A stretch of 64,000 nt of DNA from Paramoeba atlantica (lineage: Eukaryota; Protista; Discosea), in the NCBI GenBank assembly GCA_977017575.1, contig CDRNVI010000093.1, positions 1 through 64,000 on the forward strand, in the 5' to 3' direction. Of the stretch, positions 19,054 to 28,470 are shown in pieces. The position numbers were made by a program, and so were the translations under genes. Positions within the stretch are counted from its first letter, which is position 1. Every line of letters starts with the position of its first letter. The notes under the pieces are model-generated. The model saw only the letters and a list, made by a program, of their open reading frames with translations, ran no database searches and was not told the DNA's origin.

Positions 19054-20596
19054 CAGGGGGGGTCACGAAAAGAGTGGGGGGTCTAAAATTTGTACCTTGC
19101 GAGCTTTTGACCTAATTCCTTCGGCATTCAACAGATCTCGAAATTTTAAGACTACGTGAGTTATAACCACTTAGGCATATAAGGTTGAGTGATAATGATG
19201 AGTCGGCAAAAAACAGGTTTTTTTGTTTTTTGCATATTTGGATTTTCTCATTATTTCATTATTGATCCCCCGTTTTTTTTCTCAAAGAAGTCTGATTCGG
19301 GACGGGAAGCTCGTCAAAGTATTATTATACGATGCTTTCATATCAGATAATAGATAATCAAGCGCTTTTGGAATTGCAGCTTGTAGTTCCTTACGGTTTG
19401 TGGGGCGGAGAGTAAATTTTATGTGGTGATCCATCATGCTCCACAAATTTTCGATTAAATTTAAATCCGGCGACTTGGCAGGCCAATCAGGAATGCTGAT
19501 ACCCATGTCTCTGCCGACGCGGCGAGCGTGATCCATGATCACTGTTGCCGCTGGTTTACGCTTTAACCAGTTGTAGAAATCATTTCGTTTTGTCATGGCA
19601 GAGAGAAACGTTTCATTAGTGACCGTCTCATTCTCCGCAAACTCATGAAAACAGTGAACCTTGGGAACCCCCCATTCAAGGCTCACCGCAATCCAAATAT
19701 GAACCCCCTTTCCTCCGAAATATTTCTCAACATCTTTTGGTACCTCAAGGGGTTCATCTGACCTTTTGCAAATGTACCAAATATTGCGTGAGTGGTACCC
19801 GCATTTAAAAATCTTTTCATCCGTCCACAGAATACGGGCGTATTGAAAAGGGGTGAACCTCTCCAAACGATTTGCCAACTCCAGGCGGTCGAATTTGTGC
19901 TGAGGCGTGAGATGAGGAACTTTCCTCATTTTTCTGCTTATGTACCCGCTCCTTTTCAGTGATCTTTTCACAGACTAAAGAGAGCATGGGTACTTGGTTT
20001 GATCGATCTGGCGGTGAACCCACCTCCAAGATGGACAGCCAATGGGACTACGTTGATTTTCTTCATCTACAATAGATTCTAACATTATTCGAAACTCTTC
20101 ATTATCAATCGCATTCTTACGTATGTATTTTATACGTTCTAACCCTCCTGTCTCCCGGTGGCGTTTAACCCATCGAGAGAGAGTTGCTTCACTCCATTTC
20201 ATAAGAGCAGCAGTGTCTGTAATCGAACGTCCCTGGTTTTGTACCTCATGGACGCAAATTACACGTGTTTCATAAGTGATTTGTTGCGTCGAGAGGGTGC
20301 GCCTCTGGCGGCGAAGTGTTTTCGGCATAAAAGATGTGTTAGAAAGAGTTAAGTGGTATTTTATTCATAGATTAATGGGCTAAAATGATAAAAAATGATA
20401 AAAATCCGATTTTTTGCAGAATTTTCAGGTAAAAAATTCAGTAAAATTTTATCATGACGTCATATCAGCTTCAGGGGCGGCAACAATGGTGCCAGTAGTC
20501 TTAAAATTTCGAGACCTGTTGAATGCCGAAGGAATTAGGTCAAAAGCTCGCACGGTACAAATTTTAGACCCCCCACCTTTTTCGTGACCCCCCCTG
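19054..20596 (-). mobile_element. Tc1-like DNA transposon, 1543 bp, with 102-bp TIRs and TA TSD
   Basis: CAGGGGGGGTCACGAAAA...TTTTCGTGACCCCCCCTG. TIRs at 19054-19155 and 20495-20596; TA at 19052-19053 and 20597-20598. Confidence 0.95.
19282..20328 (-). pseudogene. Tc1-like transposase with an in-frame TAG (19975-19977) and a 3' frameshift
   Basis: The two listed ORFs are in the same frame. Motifs WTDEKIF, IMDH and WPAKSPDLNLIENLW; the D-E spacing is only 26. Confidence 0.9.
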
Positions 20597-21017
20597 TATA
20601 CAGTGGTTTCAATTGAAATTGCTCCCGCGGAATTTAGAGTTTTTATGTCCGTTTTTGCTCATTTTCGTTGCAAACGAGAGATTTCGTCCCCCTAGTGAAG
20701 CGCTTTGGTACCTTTTTTTCACAGGGAACCCCTAGTGCTCATATGGTGACCCGAAAAACAGCCCAAACCAAGATTTTTGATAAATTATTTATCAAACTGC
20801 CGTATTTAAAATAAGAACCTAGGAAGGAAGTCCAAAACCATGTGTTTTGGACACAGGGGGTACCACAGGGGGGGAGATGTGTACATGTGTATTACACGTA
20901 TACACATGTATATTCCGACGTCAAGCGTTCTCGATACGACCAAAACCTCAATAGCTTCATACTCGCTCACGTGCATGCATCCTTGTAAACATATTTCAAA
21001 CGTTATCACGACTCTTT

Positions 21018-21956
21018 TCAAAGACGACCTGTGGAACACGAAGAATGTAGCGAATCGCGGAGATAAACATTCAGGAGGTTACCACAACCGTAGGCGGCCA
21101 GAACGCGAGCCATACGCTGCGAAACCGAGGGCACATACTTATTTCTCACCACCTCTACCCTCGACGCCCATCCCACCGCCTCCGGACGGTTGTACACATC
21201 AAATGCATGGATATGCATCACCGTGGTGAACAGTTGAATTATCATCGGACATCCCAACGTCGTAAACACATACCTGAAATCCATAATCCCACCACCAGCA
21301 CCCGCAGCAGGTGGTTGCGCATCCCTCCCCTCCCCTCTCCTTTGCAGCAACGCTGGCAAGGTAAAACTACAATACATGGTCAGCAAGTCCCGCGTCCCGA
21401 ACATGACCAGCGAGGTCATGGGAAACCCGCTGGCATGGGGGACACCAAACATGGGAGCGTAGCGGTAGTCCCGCCACATCGAGATCGGGGCATTCACCGC
21501 ACATGTCGTGAGGGCTTTATACCCCCCAGGGGACGCACCGCGTGTGTCCCAGTAGGACTGGGTGAGATTGGCCGCCATGTAGGTCCCGGCATAGACCGCT
21601 ACCATCTCCTTATACCCCCGGAGCCTCCAGAACCGTGTGGGGTGACGTCGCAGGAAGGAGAGCTTGGAGCGCAGACGCTGGGCGACGGGGGAGTGGCAGT
21701 GGCGGCTGACGCCCTCGACCACGGTGGTGTCGAGCACGGTGACGGGGAGGGAGATGACCGCACCGGTGACCACGGCGCTGAGGAGATCGCCCAGGAGATG
21801 GGGGAGGGTGTAGGGGGGGGTGATGGGGGTGGGCGTAGAAATATCAGCAAGGGATGTCATGGACGAGAGGGGAGGAAGGGATAGGGTAGTAAATGAGATA
21901 GAGGAAAAATGGAAAAGTGAACGAGCGTAACAAAGTGTGGTGGGTTTGTAGGGCAT
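21018..21956 (-). CDS. Conserved uncharacterised multi-pass membrane protein (carrier/sideroflexin-like family); likely start at Met 21860
   Basis: LLGDLLSAVVTGAVISLPVTVLD, VYAGTYMAAN, FGTRDLLTMYCSF and QLFTTVMH, plus several hydrophobic helices. The segment upstream of the second Met is a pyrimidine tract. Confidence 0.65.
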   Translation of the reverse strand: MPYKPTTLCYARSLFHFSSISFTTLSLPPLSSMTSLADISTPTPITPPYTLPHLLGDLLSAVVTGAVISLPVTVLDTTVVEGVSRHCHSPVAQRLRSKLSFLRRHPTRFWRLRGYKEMVAVYAGTYMAANLTQSYWDTRGASPGGYKALTTCAVNAPISMWRDYRYAPMFGVPHASGFPMTSLVMFGTRDLLTMYCSFTLPALLQRRGEGRDAQPPAAGAGGGIMDFRYVFTTLGCPMIIQLFTTVMHIHAFDVYNRPEAVGWASRVEVVRNKYVPSVSQRMARVLAAYGCGNLLNVYLRDSLHSSCSTGRL

Positions 21957-22194
21957 CGAGTTGCTGAGAAGGGGGTAGTAGGGTGTACAATTGCGTGCAG
22001 ATCATTGAGGAGTTACAGTGTATGTATGAGAAGTGGCGTAGTCTCTGTTGGTTTGTAGGTTCCTGCGTAACCTCATTTTGAACCCTGCCCGCGACCGTTC
22101 AAGAGGGTAGACTTTCAATACAAAGGTGACTGAAGAACTAATATCTTTATTCTGTACATTGAAGAGATAAAACGGAAAGTGGTTTTAAAAAGTT

Positions 22195-23517
22195 CTAGTA
22201 CTCTTCGTATTCTTCATAGCCACTTTGTCCTTCCAGGGGTTGTGTTCTCCTTCCATTCACAATTTCGTGGAGCAATGACTGAGCTACATCACGTGGATAC
22301 AGCGAATATTTCTCGGTGAATTTTTGTGGTCCCTCGTCGTAAACGTTAGCTCGAGAAATGTTTACGTTCTGAAACTTTGACAACCATGGAGGCACTTTTT
22401 CCGTTCTATTCGATTTTGAGGGGGGTCCTATTTCGACTATTACCGCACCTGTAGATACCTCCGGTTTATCAGATAGGACGTCTATTCTGGTTCCCGTTGC
22501 TGGCATATTCCAATTCAGAGGACAAATTTCGACTTGTAGGGTCGCAGCTCCGTGTCCAGTCAGTTCCGCTATACGTTCATTTTGGGATACATTTGTGTGA
22601 TCAACAATATTCTTAAGCACATCTCGACGCGTCTGCTCACGTTTCATTTCATCATTCTCTTCTTCTGTACGAATTAGTTTATAATCGTGATGGTGACGCC
22701 GGCTCTCAGGTAAATAAAAGGGTCCCCTGCTTAGAATTTCAGCCAGCAGTCGCATAACTGCATTTTCACGGGCAAGATCGCAAACATCTAGTGAACATTT
22801 CGTACTGGGGCTTGCATGCATTGTCTCCATATATTTTTGTTCGGGTCTTTTTTCTGTACGCTGTGAATCAACAGAGAAATCGTTGCTCTCTTCATTACCA
22901 AACGGAATAACAAATGGTGGTGTTATAAGGGGTAAGTCTTGATCCTCAGAGGTAGGACATTGGGGACATAAGAATGCATTGGACTCCGCGTCTCTGTCTA
23001 AGTGAAGTAACTCGTGCTCCGGTATTTCTATCCCACAAAGTTGACACCCCCACGTAGTCTTTCGAATAGTTTGAACGACCGGATGCGTCATTGTAGACGG
23101 TGTCAAAAGCCCCGTAAAGGGGGAGACAGGTAAGGACTCCGATTGCGAAGCCATTAGTATGCTATGGAGCCGAGTACAAACGGTGCGGAAAATATTTTTG
23201 TAGTTCAAACACCAAAGAGAGGATTCTCTATCTGTAGGAATATTTCCTGCAATACGATCCACATAGGAGCCGTGCATGACATGAAGCGCTGTCAGCACCA
23301 CATCGTTGTCATCCGTGCAGGGTTCAAGGCAGAGATAACGGGCAATCTGGGATACGTGCCCAATACCACGCATGTGTTCACACAGCACATAGCCCACGAG
23401 ATACTCTTCGGTAGAGTACCAGGCCCGTAGTGAGATGTGGAGCAGAAGGCGCGCTAATGCCGCTCCAGATTCCTCCTGTGGAATATAGGGGTTACTTTCC
23501 CAACTCTCCTCATACAT
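22195..23517 (-). CDS. TFA1: TFIIE alpha-subunit homologue (winged helix + C2C2 zinc ribbon)
   Basis: AALARLLLHISLRAWYSTEEYLV, WCLNYKNIFRTVCTRL and CQLC...DAESNAFLCPQC align by eye with human TFIIE-alpha [37 protein letters not shown] and CPVC...DPMTGTFRCTFC. Confidence 0.7.
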   Translation of the reverse strand: MYEESWESNPYIPQEESGAALARLLLHISLRAWYSTEEYLVGYVLCEHMRGIGHVSQIARYLCLEPCTDDNDVVLTALHVMHGSYVDRIAGNIPTDRESSLWCLNYKNIFRTVCTRLHSILMASQSESLPVSPFTGLLTPSTMTHPVVQTIRKTTWGCQLCGIEIPEHELLHLDRDAESNAFLCPQCPTSEDQDLPLITPPFVIPFGNEESNDFSVDSQRTEKRPEQKYMETMHASPSTKCSLDVCDLARENAVMRLLAEILSRGPFYLPESRRHHHDYKLIRTEEENDEMKREQTRRDVLKNIVDHTNVSQNERIAELTGHGAATLQVEICPLNWNMPATGTRIDVLSDKPEVSTGAVIVEIGPPSKSNRTEKVPPWLSKFQNVNISRANVYDEGPQKFTEKYSLYPRDVAQSLLHEIVNGRRTQPLEGQSGYEEYEEY

Positions 23518-24020
23518 GTCAACAAAGACAAATCAGTACTCCATCCATGCAATCATGGTTGGTTCGCTCAAAAAAACCACAAAGAAAATAGGCAATTTGA
23601 AAAAAACATGAATAATAAAATACACGGCGAAAGGCAATATAGTTGGCTATTTGCATCAAGGAATTTGCAAAGCAAAAAGGGCAACGACCGCATGAATAAA
23701 TGTCTGCAGAGTTTGATGAGTACGTTGTCTTTGTATCTAAGTGTTCATAGGTAACACTCAGTAATTGCTAGATCGTCCTACTAAAAGTTTTCAGCTCGGT
23801 TTAGTCAACAGTTGAACAAATTAAAGTGGTCTAGATGTTACAAACTGCTATTCAACAACTATTTCTATGTACTACAAGCTATTTTTTAGGTGTCCTCTTC
23901 TTCGAAAAGCTAAAATACTTTTACTTGCTAAACATAAATCTACTCTCCTCCATGGACATCAATATTCGTATTTTATGAACCCTATCCAGAATTATACACA
24001 CTTACAGATTCTTCTTCTGT

Positions 24021-24821
24021 TTAGATGCCTTTCCTTTTTGCGCTGCTCGATGATTTTCCTTTTTTGGCATTATTGGTACCCACCTTTCTTCCTTTTATTT
24101 GTTTCTTATCAGTCTGTGCCGTCTTTTTCATTTCTTGCATGACTACAGCACTTTTCGTACCTTCTGCGGAATTCTTCGCGACTTTTTTCGAGACTACCAC
24201 TTTTTTCGACACAGCAGCTTTCTTTTTTAGGGGAGCCTTTTTCACTACACCTTTTTTCCCACCTTTTGCAGCCGCAGTCTTCTTTACTCCTTTTTTATTG
24301 TCAACCCCTTTTTTCTTACCCCCCGGGGCGTTAGCCACCTTAGGTCGTTTAGGAACAGCCGACGGAGCCTCCGCAGGCTTCTCCTGTCGCATCTTCTTCT
24401 GTGCCGGCAGCACGGGGGCCTTAGCCGGCCAGTTCCCCTCGGAGCTGTCCTCGGCTCTTCCACGTTTACGGTTCGCGCTGGTGCTTGGCTTGGACTCCGG
24501 GAACAGCGTGCGCTCTACACTGGGTGTCATGGGGGCGCGTGTGAGCCCTCGTGTGGGAGCAGGTGACATCGGGGTTGCTTTCGGGGAAGGGCCCTCTTTA
24601 GTCTTACTACCGTTGTCGGCAGCACAGCGGAAAGGGCTGCTGAGTACGGCTTCCAGTGCACGCTTGCCGAACGAGAGTAAAGGCGAGGCGGGAGTGGGGT
24701 CTTGACTACTTTTCTTGCCTCCAGAGAGGGAGGTGGACTGAGTGTTCTTGTTGCTGGAATGACCAAAGATGCCGAAGGGTAGGGAGTTCCACATGGGTTG
24801 CGAAGTAGCGACCGAGGGCAT
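24021..24821 (-). CDS. Basic low-complexity protein with a histone-H1-like K/A/V-rich C-terminus
   Basis: KKGVKKTAAAKGGKKGVVKKAPLKKKAAVSKK. A pyrimidine tract and AG lie 5 nt before the ATG. Confidence 0.6.
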   Translation of the reverse strand: MPSVATSQPMWNSLPFGIFGHSSNKNTQSTSLSGGKKSSQDPTPASPLLSFGKRALEAVLSSPFRCAADNGSKTKEGPSPKATPMSPAPTRGLTRAPMTPSVERTLFPESKPSTSANRKRGRAEDSSEGNWPAKAPVLPAQKKMRQEKPAEAPSAVPKRPKVANAPGGKKKGVDNKKGVKKTAAAKGGKKGVVKKAPLKKKAAVSKKVVVSKKVAKNSAEGTKSAVVMQEMKKTAQTDKKQIKGRKVGTNNAKKGKSSSSAKRKGI

Positions 24822-24826
24822 GTTTA

Positions 24827-24855
24827 CTTGTGAAAAGGAAAGAAAAGTGAGATGG
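24827..24855 (-). promoter_or_regulatory. Putative SL trans-splice acceptor (polypyrimidine tract + AG)
   Basis: The minus strand reads CCATCTCACTTTTCTTTCCTTTTCACAAG-TAAAC-ATG. A similar TTTTCACAG lies upstream of 63320. Confidence 0.6.
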
Positions 24856-25045
24856 TTTGGGAAAACTAAATGTCGTCATTGAGTGTTGATCAGTACCAAT
24901 ATCTACTATTAATCTACTACCTAATTCGTTTCGCGTAATATGCGAACTTTACACCGTACAGCTTACAAACTACACATGAGCATGCTTCCACAGATGGAGA
25001 AAACATCAAAAAATCTCAAAGCAAATCTAACCTTATGTCTCAGAA

Positions 25046-25327
25046 TTATTTCGTTTCTTCAGGCGTGATTTCTGAAAGCGGCTCTGTCACATGTTTACCA
25101 TTGAGGTGTTGTTTCCTCCACCACAATACGGAGTTTTGTACAAGAGGAAAATTTGCAGGTTTGTCCCACATTCGGCCGTGCATGGTTCCAATGGCCAAGA
25201 TTTGAAAACGAGAAACTCGGTTGCATTTGACGCAATGATCCATACGACTCGCAATTGTTCGTTTATACGAATTACTCACTGTCCATTCGTATGCATAATT
25301 ACATCGCACGCATGCAAAAATAGCCAT
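25046..25327 (-). CDS. Small C2C2 zinc-binding protein, probably a kinetoplastid mitoribosomal large-subunit protein
   Basis: MAIFACVRCNYAYEW..SNSY...DHCVKC...LWWRK with C-x2-C-x22-C-x2-C. The resemblance to a trypanosome mitoribosomal protein is from memory and was not checked by search. Confidence 0.55.
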   Translation of the reverse strand: MAIFACVRCNYAYEWTVSNSYKRTIASRMDHCVKCNRVSRFQILAIGTMHGRMWDKPANFPLVQNSVLWWRKQHLNGKHVTEPLSEITPEETK

Positions 25328-25479
25328 GCATAAAATTTGTTTATAAATTTTGTGTACTGTAAACAACAAAATTACATTTACAACAAAACATGTTTAACGA
25401 GCATTCATAAAACGTTTATGAGCAGAATAGCGGTAAAAAACTACCCAATAATAGAATCTTACTATTCTTGATCTTAATT

Positions 25480-27750
25480 TCACCGCTTCTGTTTAAATTT
25501 TAGCAATTCCTTTGCAAGATTGCCTACCAATTCACTGGGATCTCGAATAAGTGTCTCAATATAGTCAAAAGTCAGCTCTCGTTTTGCACATTCCAAAGTT
25601 ATGCTTTGATGGTCGTCTCCTTTGGGAACAAAAATATAAAGCAATGTTTTTAATAAAATAACTTTTAGCTCGGTATTGCTTTCGCGTAATAAACAATCAG
25701 TAATGACCCTCAGGAAACTCTTAATTAAGTCTTGCAGCTGCTCAGTGCCCTCTGCTCGTTCAGGTGTAGACGCCTCTTGCCAATCTTCAATATAGAAGCT
25801 CGCGTTTCGCAGTAATTGGTAGAAAGTCTCTCTGTGTGCAAACGAATTCGACCTACATCTTTTTCTCCTCAGCTTTGTGCTTAGTAATTGATCTCGAATG
25901 ATAGGTGCTAAATTTTCGGACTGAAATTCTTTTTGCATAAGTGCGAGATAGTTCACCAATATTCGAAGACATATGAGATCTCTTAAAGGGTTTTCATTCT
26001 CCTGGTTATCCAGTACTGTAGTCACCGTCTCAAGGATTAAAGAATGCAGGGAACTATCTTCACTATGCAATAAAAGCATTCCATGTCTCAAAAGATCTAG
26101 GAGCGGATATTGAGAAGATATGGGAGTTGACTGTATTATTTGGCATAGCTCAACCAGAGTATTACCAGAAGCCTCATTGGAGGCCGAAAGCTGCATCACT
26201 AGTTTGTCGGCGCCTGGTACATTCATATTGAGTAATTTTTTCCGAATACCTTCGAAATTCGTATCAACGTAGGTTGTTAGTACGAAGAAACTAGGTTCTA
26301 AAAGTGTTGTAGACGCTCCTTTTTTATTTGATTCCTCTGCTTTCTCGTCCGTAAGTTTTCCATGCTCATTTCCTGTATATTGGGAATGCTGTGTTATCCA
26401 TTGCACAACCTCGTTCAGGTCGTTCTGCGTGAGCCCCATATTGCTGTGTCGATGAATAAATTCTAAGGCGACTTCGTAAGGATTTTCTCCAATATTGTAT
26501 GGTAATTTCAAAATCACACCATTCACTTCAACATCAAAAACATAGTCGTACAATTTTCCATCATATGGTATCTTAGTTGAGGCGTATGTCACAGAATGCG
26601 ATTCTGACTGGGGCTGACCCATTTGGTAGGAGGTAGTGTTATCTGAGTTATCCATTGATGGGGTTCCTGTTATGCATGCGTGATCGTCGAAATGTGTAGG
26701 GGATACTGTCTGACTGAGCTGGATAGGATTCTCACACGCCATGCTAGTAGTACAGTTAGTGGTCGGCAATACATTCAGATTATTCTGCATGTCAATTGGC
26801 TCTCCGGGCGTGATATCTCGACTCCACACTCGGGCGTAACCGTCCGCACACCCTGTAATCACTGTATGATCATCAAGTGCGCACACACACCAGACAGTTT
26901 TGGGATGTTCAAAAGAATGTGTGCAAGTTGTGCCCTTCCAAATTCGCAGTGTACGATCTTCCGAGGCAGAGCAAATCTCCCCGGTATTTGGTAAAACACA
27001 GATGTCATAAACAAAACTTTGATGTCCGTGCAAAGTATACAACACGTCGCCTTTAATGGTAACAACAATAATTTTAGCGTCATTACCACAGGAAGCGAAC
27101 CCAATTTTAGGTATTTCACATAGTCCTTGAACGCTGTCCGTGTGATGAGTGTAAACTCGACGTTTCTCCCCTCCCATATCCCATCCAATTATGGTTTTAT
27201 CACCAGATCCAGTGAGAATACAGCTCATGTTCGCTCCATAGTTCTGTGCCTCCGGAAGGTATGCGACACACAACACACTGCTTGTGTGACCCTTCAGCGT
27301 CGCGCGAATAGAACCATCTAAATTCCACATTATCGCGGTTCCATCCCAACTTCCAGTAACAATTGCATCGCCTAAAGCAGCTAAACATGATACTGCGCCC
27401 GTGTGCCCATCAAGCAATACTTCGAGCTGTTCGCTTTCTGGTTCATATCCAATAACTGTTTCGTCATGAGAGGCACTAAACCAAAGAGCTTTTTTGGTCT
27501 CCGCACTGACTTCAGCAGCAAAATATTTCCAGGTACCTTTAAAGCATATCACCGTGGAGACATAATGGGTATGAAGCACGTGGCTGTGTGCCAGGAGGCA
27601 CTGCCCGCCTTCACTCATTGTCGTCCACATGCGTACAGTATTATCACGCGAAGCGGTAAGAAACGCGCCTGTAGCGTACGGGTGCGAAGTGACACCACGA
27701 ACGTCTGCATCGTGTTTTGCTTCTGTAACCAAGAAAAAATTTGTAGACAT
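25480..27750 (-). CDS. DOA1: Phospholipase A2-activating protein / Doa1-Ufd3 (WD40-PFU-PUL)
   Basis: Seven WD40 repeats, a PFU domain (YDGKLYDYVFDV...LPYNIGENPYEVA..FI) and a PUL domain (YPLLDLLR). Confidence 0.95.
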   Translation of the reverse strand: MSTNFFLVTEAKHDADVRGVTSHPYATGAFLTASRDNTVRMWTTMSEGGQCLLAHSHVLHTHYVSTVICFKGTWKYFAAEVSAETKKALWFSASHDETVIGYEPESEQLEVLLDGHTGAVSCLAALGDAIVTGSWDGTAIMWNLDGSIRATLKGHTSSVLCVAYLPEAQNYGANMSCILTGSGDKTIIGWDMGGEKRRVYTHHTDSVQGLCEIPKIGFASCGNDAKIIVVTIKGDVLYTLHGHQSFVYDICVLPNTGEICSASEDRTLRIWKGTTCTHSFEHPKTVWCVCALDDHTVITGCADGYARVWSRDITPGEPIDMQNNLNVLPTTNCTTSMACENPIQLSQTVSPTHFDDHACITGTPSMDNSDNTTSYQMGQPQSESHSVTYASTKIPYDGKLYDYVFDVEVNGVILKLPYNIGENPYEVALEFIHRHSNMGLTQNDLNEVVQWITQHSQYTGNEHGKLTDEKAEESNKKGASTTLLEPSFFVLTTYVDTNFEGIRKKLLNMNVPGADKLVMQLSASNEASGNTLVELCQIIQSTPISSQYPLLDLLRHGMLLLHSEDSSLHSLILETVTTVLDNQENENPLRDLICLRILVNYLALMQKEFQSENLAPIIRDQLLSTKLRRKRCRSNSFAHRETFYQLLRNASFYIEDWQEASTPERAEGTEQLQDLIKSFLRVITDCLLRESNTELKVILLKTLLYIFVPKGDDHQSITLECAKRELTFDYIETLIRDPSELVGNLAKELLKFKQKR

Positions 27751-28109
27751 TTTGGAGCAATCATTTATATATATTTTGGAATTGCTGTTAAAAGTTGATA
27801 AAACTCGTAAAAAACTTACTTCGTCTTTCAGTCAGATTTAACATCATTTTCTCAGATTGTTTTCTAACGCACAATCCTGAAAAAAATAGTGCCTACTTGT
27901 TTTTTCTTTAATTTTCTTTAAGTAACAACATAGGTGAAGTTCAAGTCTCTTTCACTTCGTGTTTCAAGTCTCTTTCACTTCATCCGATGCTCATCCGGAA
28001 AATAAAACAGCGATCTTACCTCTGGGCAGGAGTGACTCGTCCAGCAACCCACTCGGAAGTGGGATGCTTCCCACTTGGAACGTCCAGTGAATAATGCGTT
28101 CCGCTGGAG

Positions 28110-28403
28110 TTAGGACGCAAATTTAATCAATGAATGCCCCTCGATTGCATCAAAATACAAGATACTGTCCAAGGATGGGGTATAGGCTTTAGGGGGGGGG
28201 GCAAGCTCCTGAATAATAGAGATGCACGGCATCTCAGTGCCTTTGCTTTCATAAATATCTCGAGCATCCATTGAGAAGAGTACAGGGTCAAGTGCGGTGG
28301 TCATCGCTCGAGGAACCATGCAACAAATCATTTTATACGCGGCAACATCTGGACTTCGGGTGACTACTTTCGAAGCTCGTAAAGTTTCGAAAAATAAGGA
28401 CAC
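28110..28403 (-). CDS. Short hypothetical ORF (may be a remnant; the frame stays open about 44 codons past the TAA)
   Basis: It is on the cluster strand and fills a gap between genes, but no motif was recognised. Confidence 0.25.
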   Translation of the reverse strand: MSLFFETLRASKVVTRSPDVAAYKMICCMVPRAMTTALDPVLFSMDARDIYESKGTEMPCISIIQELAPPPKAYTPSLDSILYFDAIEGHSLIKFAS

Positions 28404-28470
28404 TATATCCCGTACACTATATCCAGTACATTCCTAAATCATTTCGAAGAAACTTGGCTTAAGCTATGAC

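Noticed and set aside
1-20328. Stop-codon reassignment (in-frame TAA/TAG at conserved positions near 56, 16110 and 19975)
   Set aside because: In-frame stops occur only in decayed TEs that also carry frameshifts. Conserved host genes, including a 9.4-kb ORF, are uninterrupted and end at normal stops.
6082-20596. Fanzor/TnpB cargo in the Tc1/IS630-like elements
   Set aside because: The elements are about 1.5 kb and filled by transposase plus TIRs, and no RuvC-like ORF was seen.
21207-24705. Plus-strand ORFs 21207-21884 and 24025-24705 and similar overlapping ORFs
   Set aside because: They are antisense shadows of GC-rich or low-complexity minus-strand genes and carry no motifs.
28012-28105. 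U1-like snRNA (ATCTTACCTCTGGGCAGG) or another structured ncRNA
   Set aside because: The similarity is limited to a few 5' bases, and I could not find an Sm site or U1 loops. An Infernal/Rfam search would be needed.
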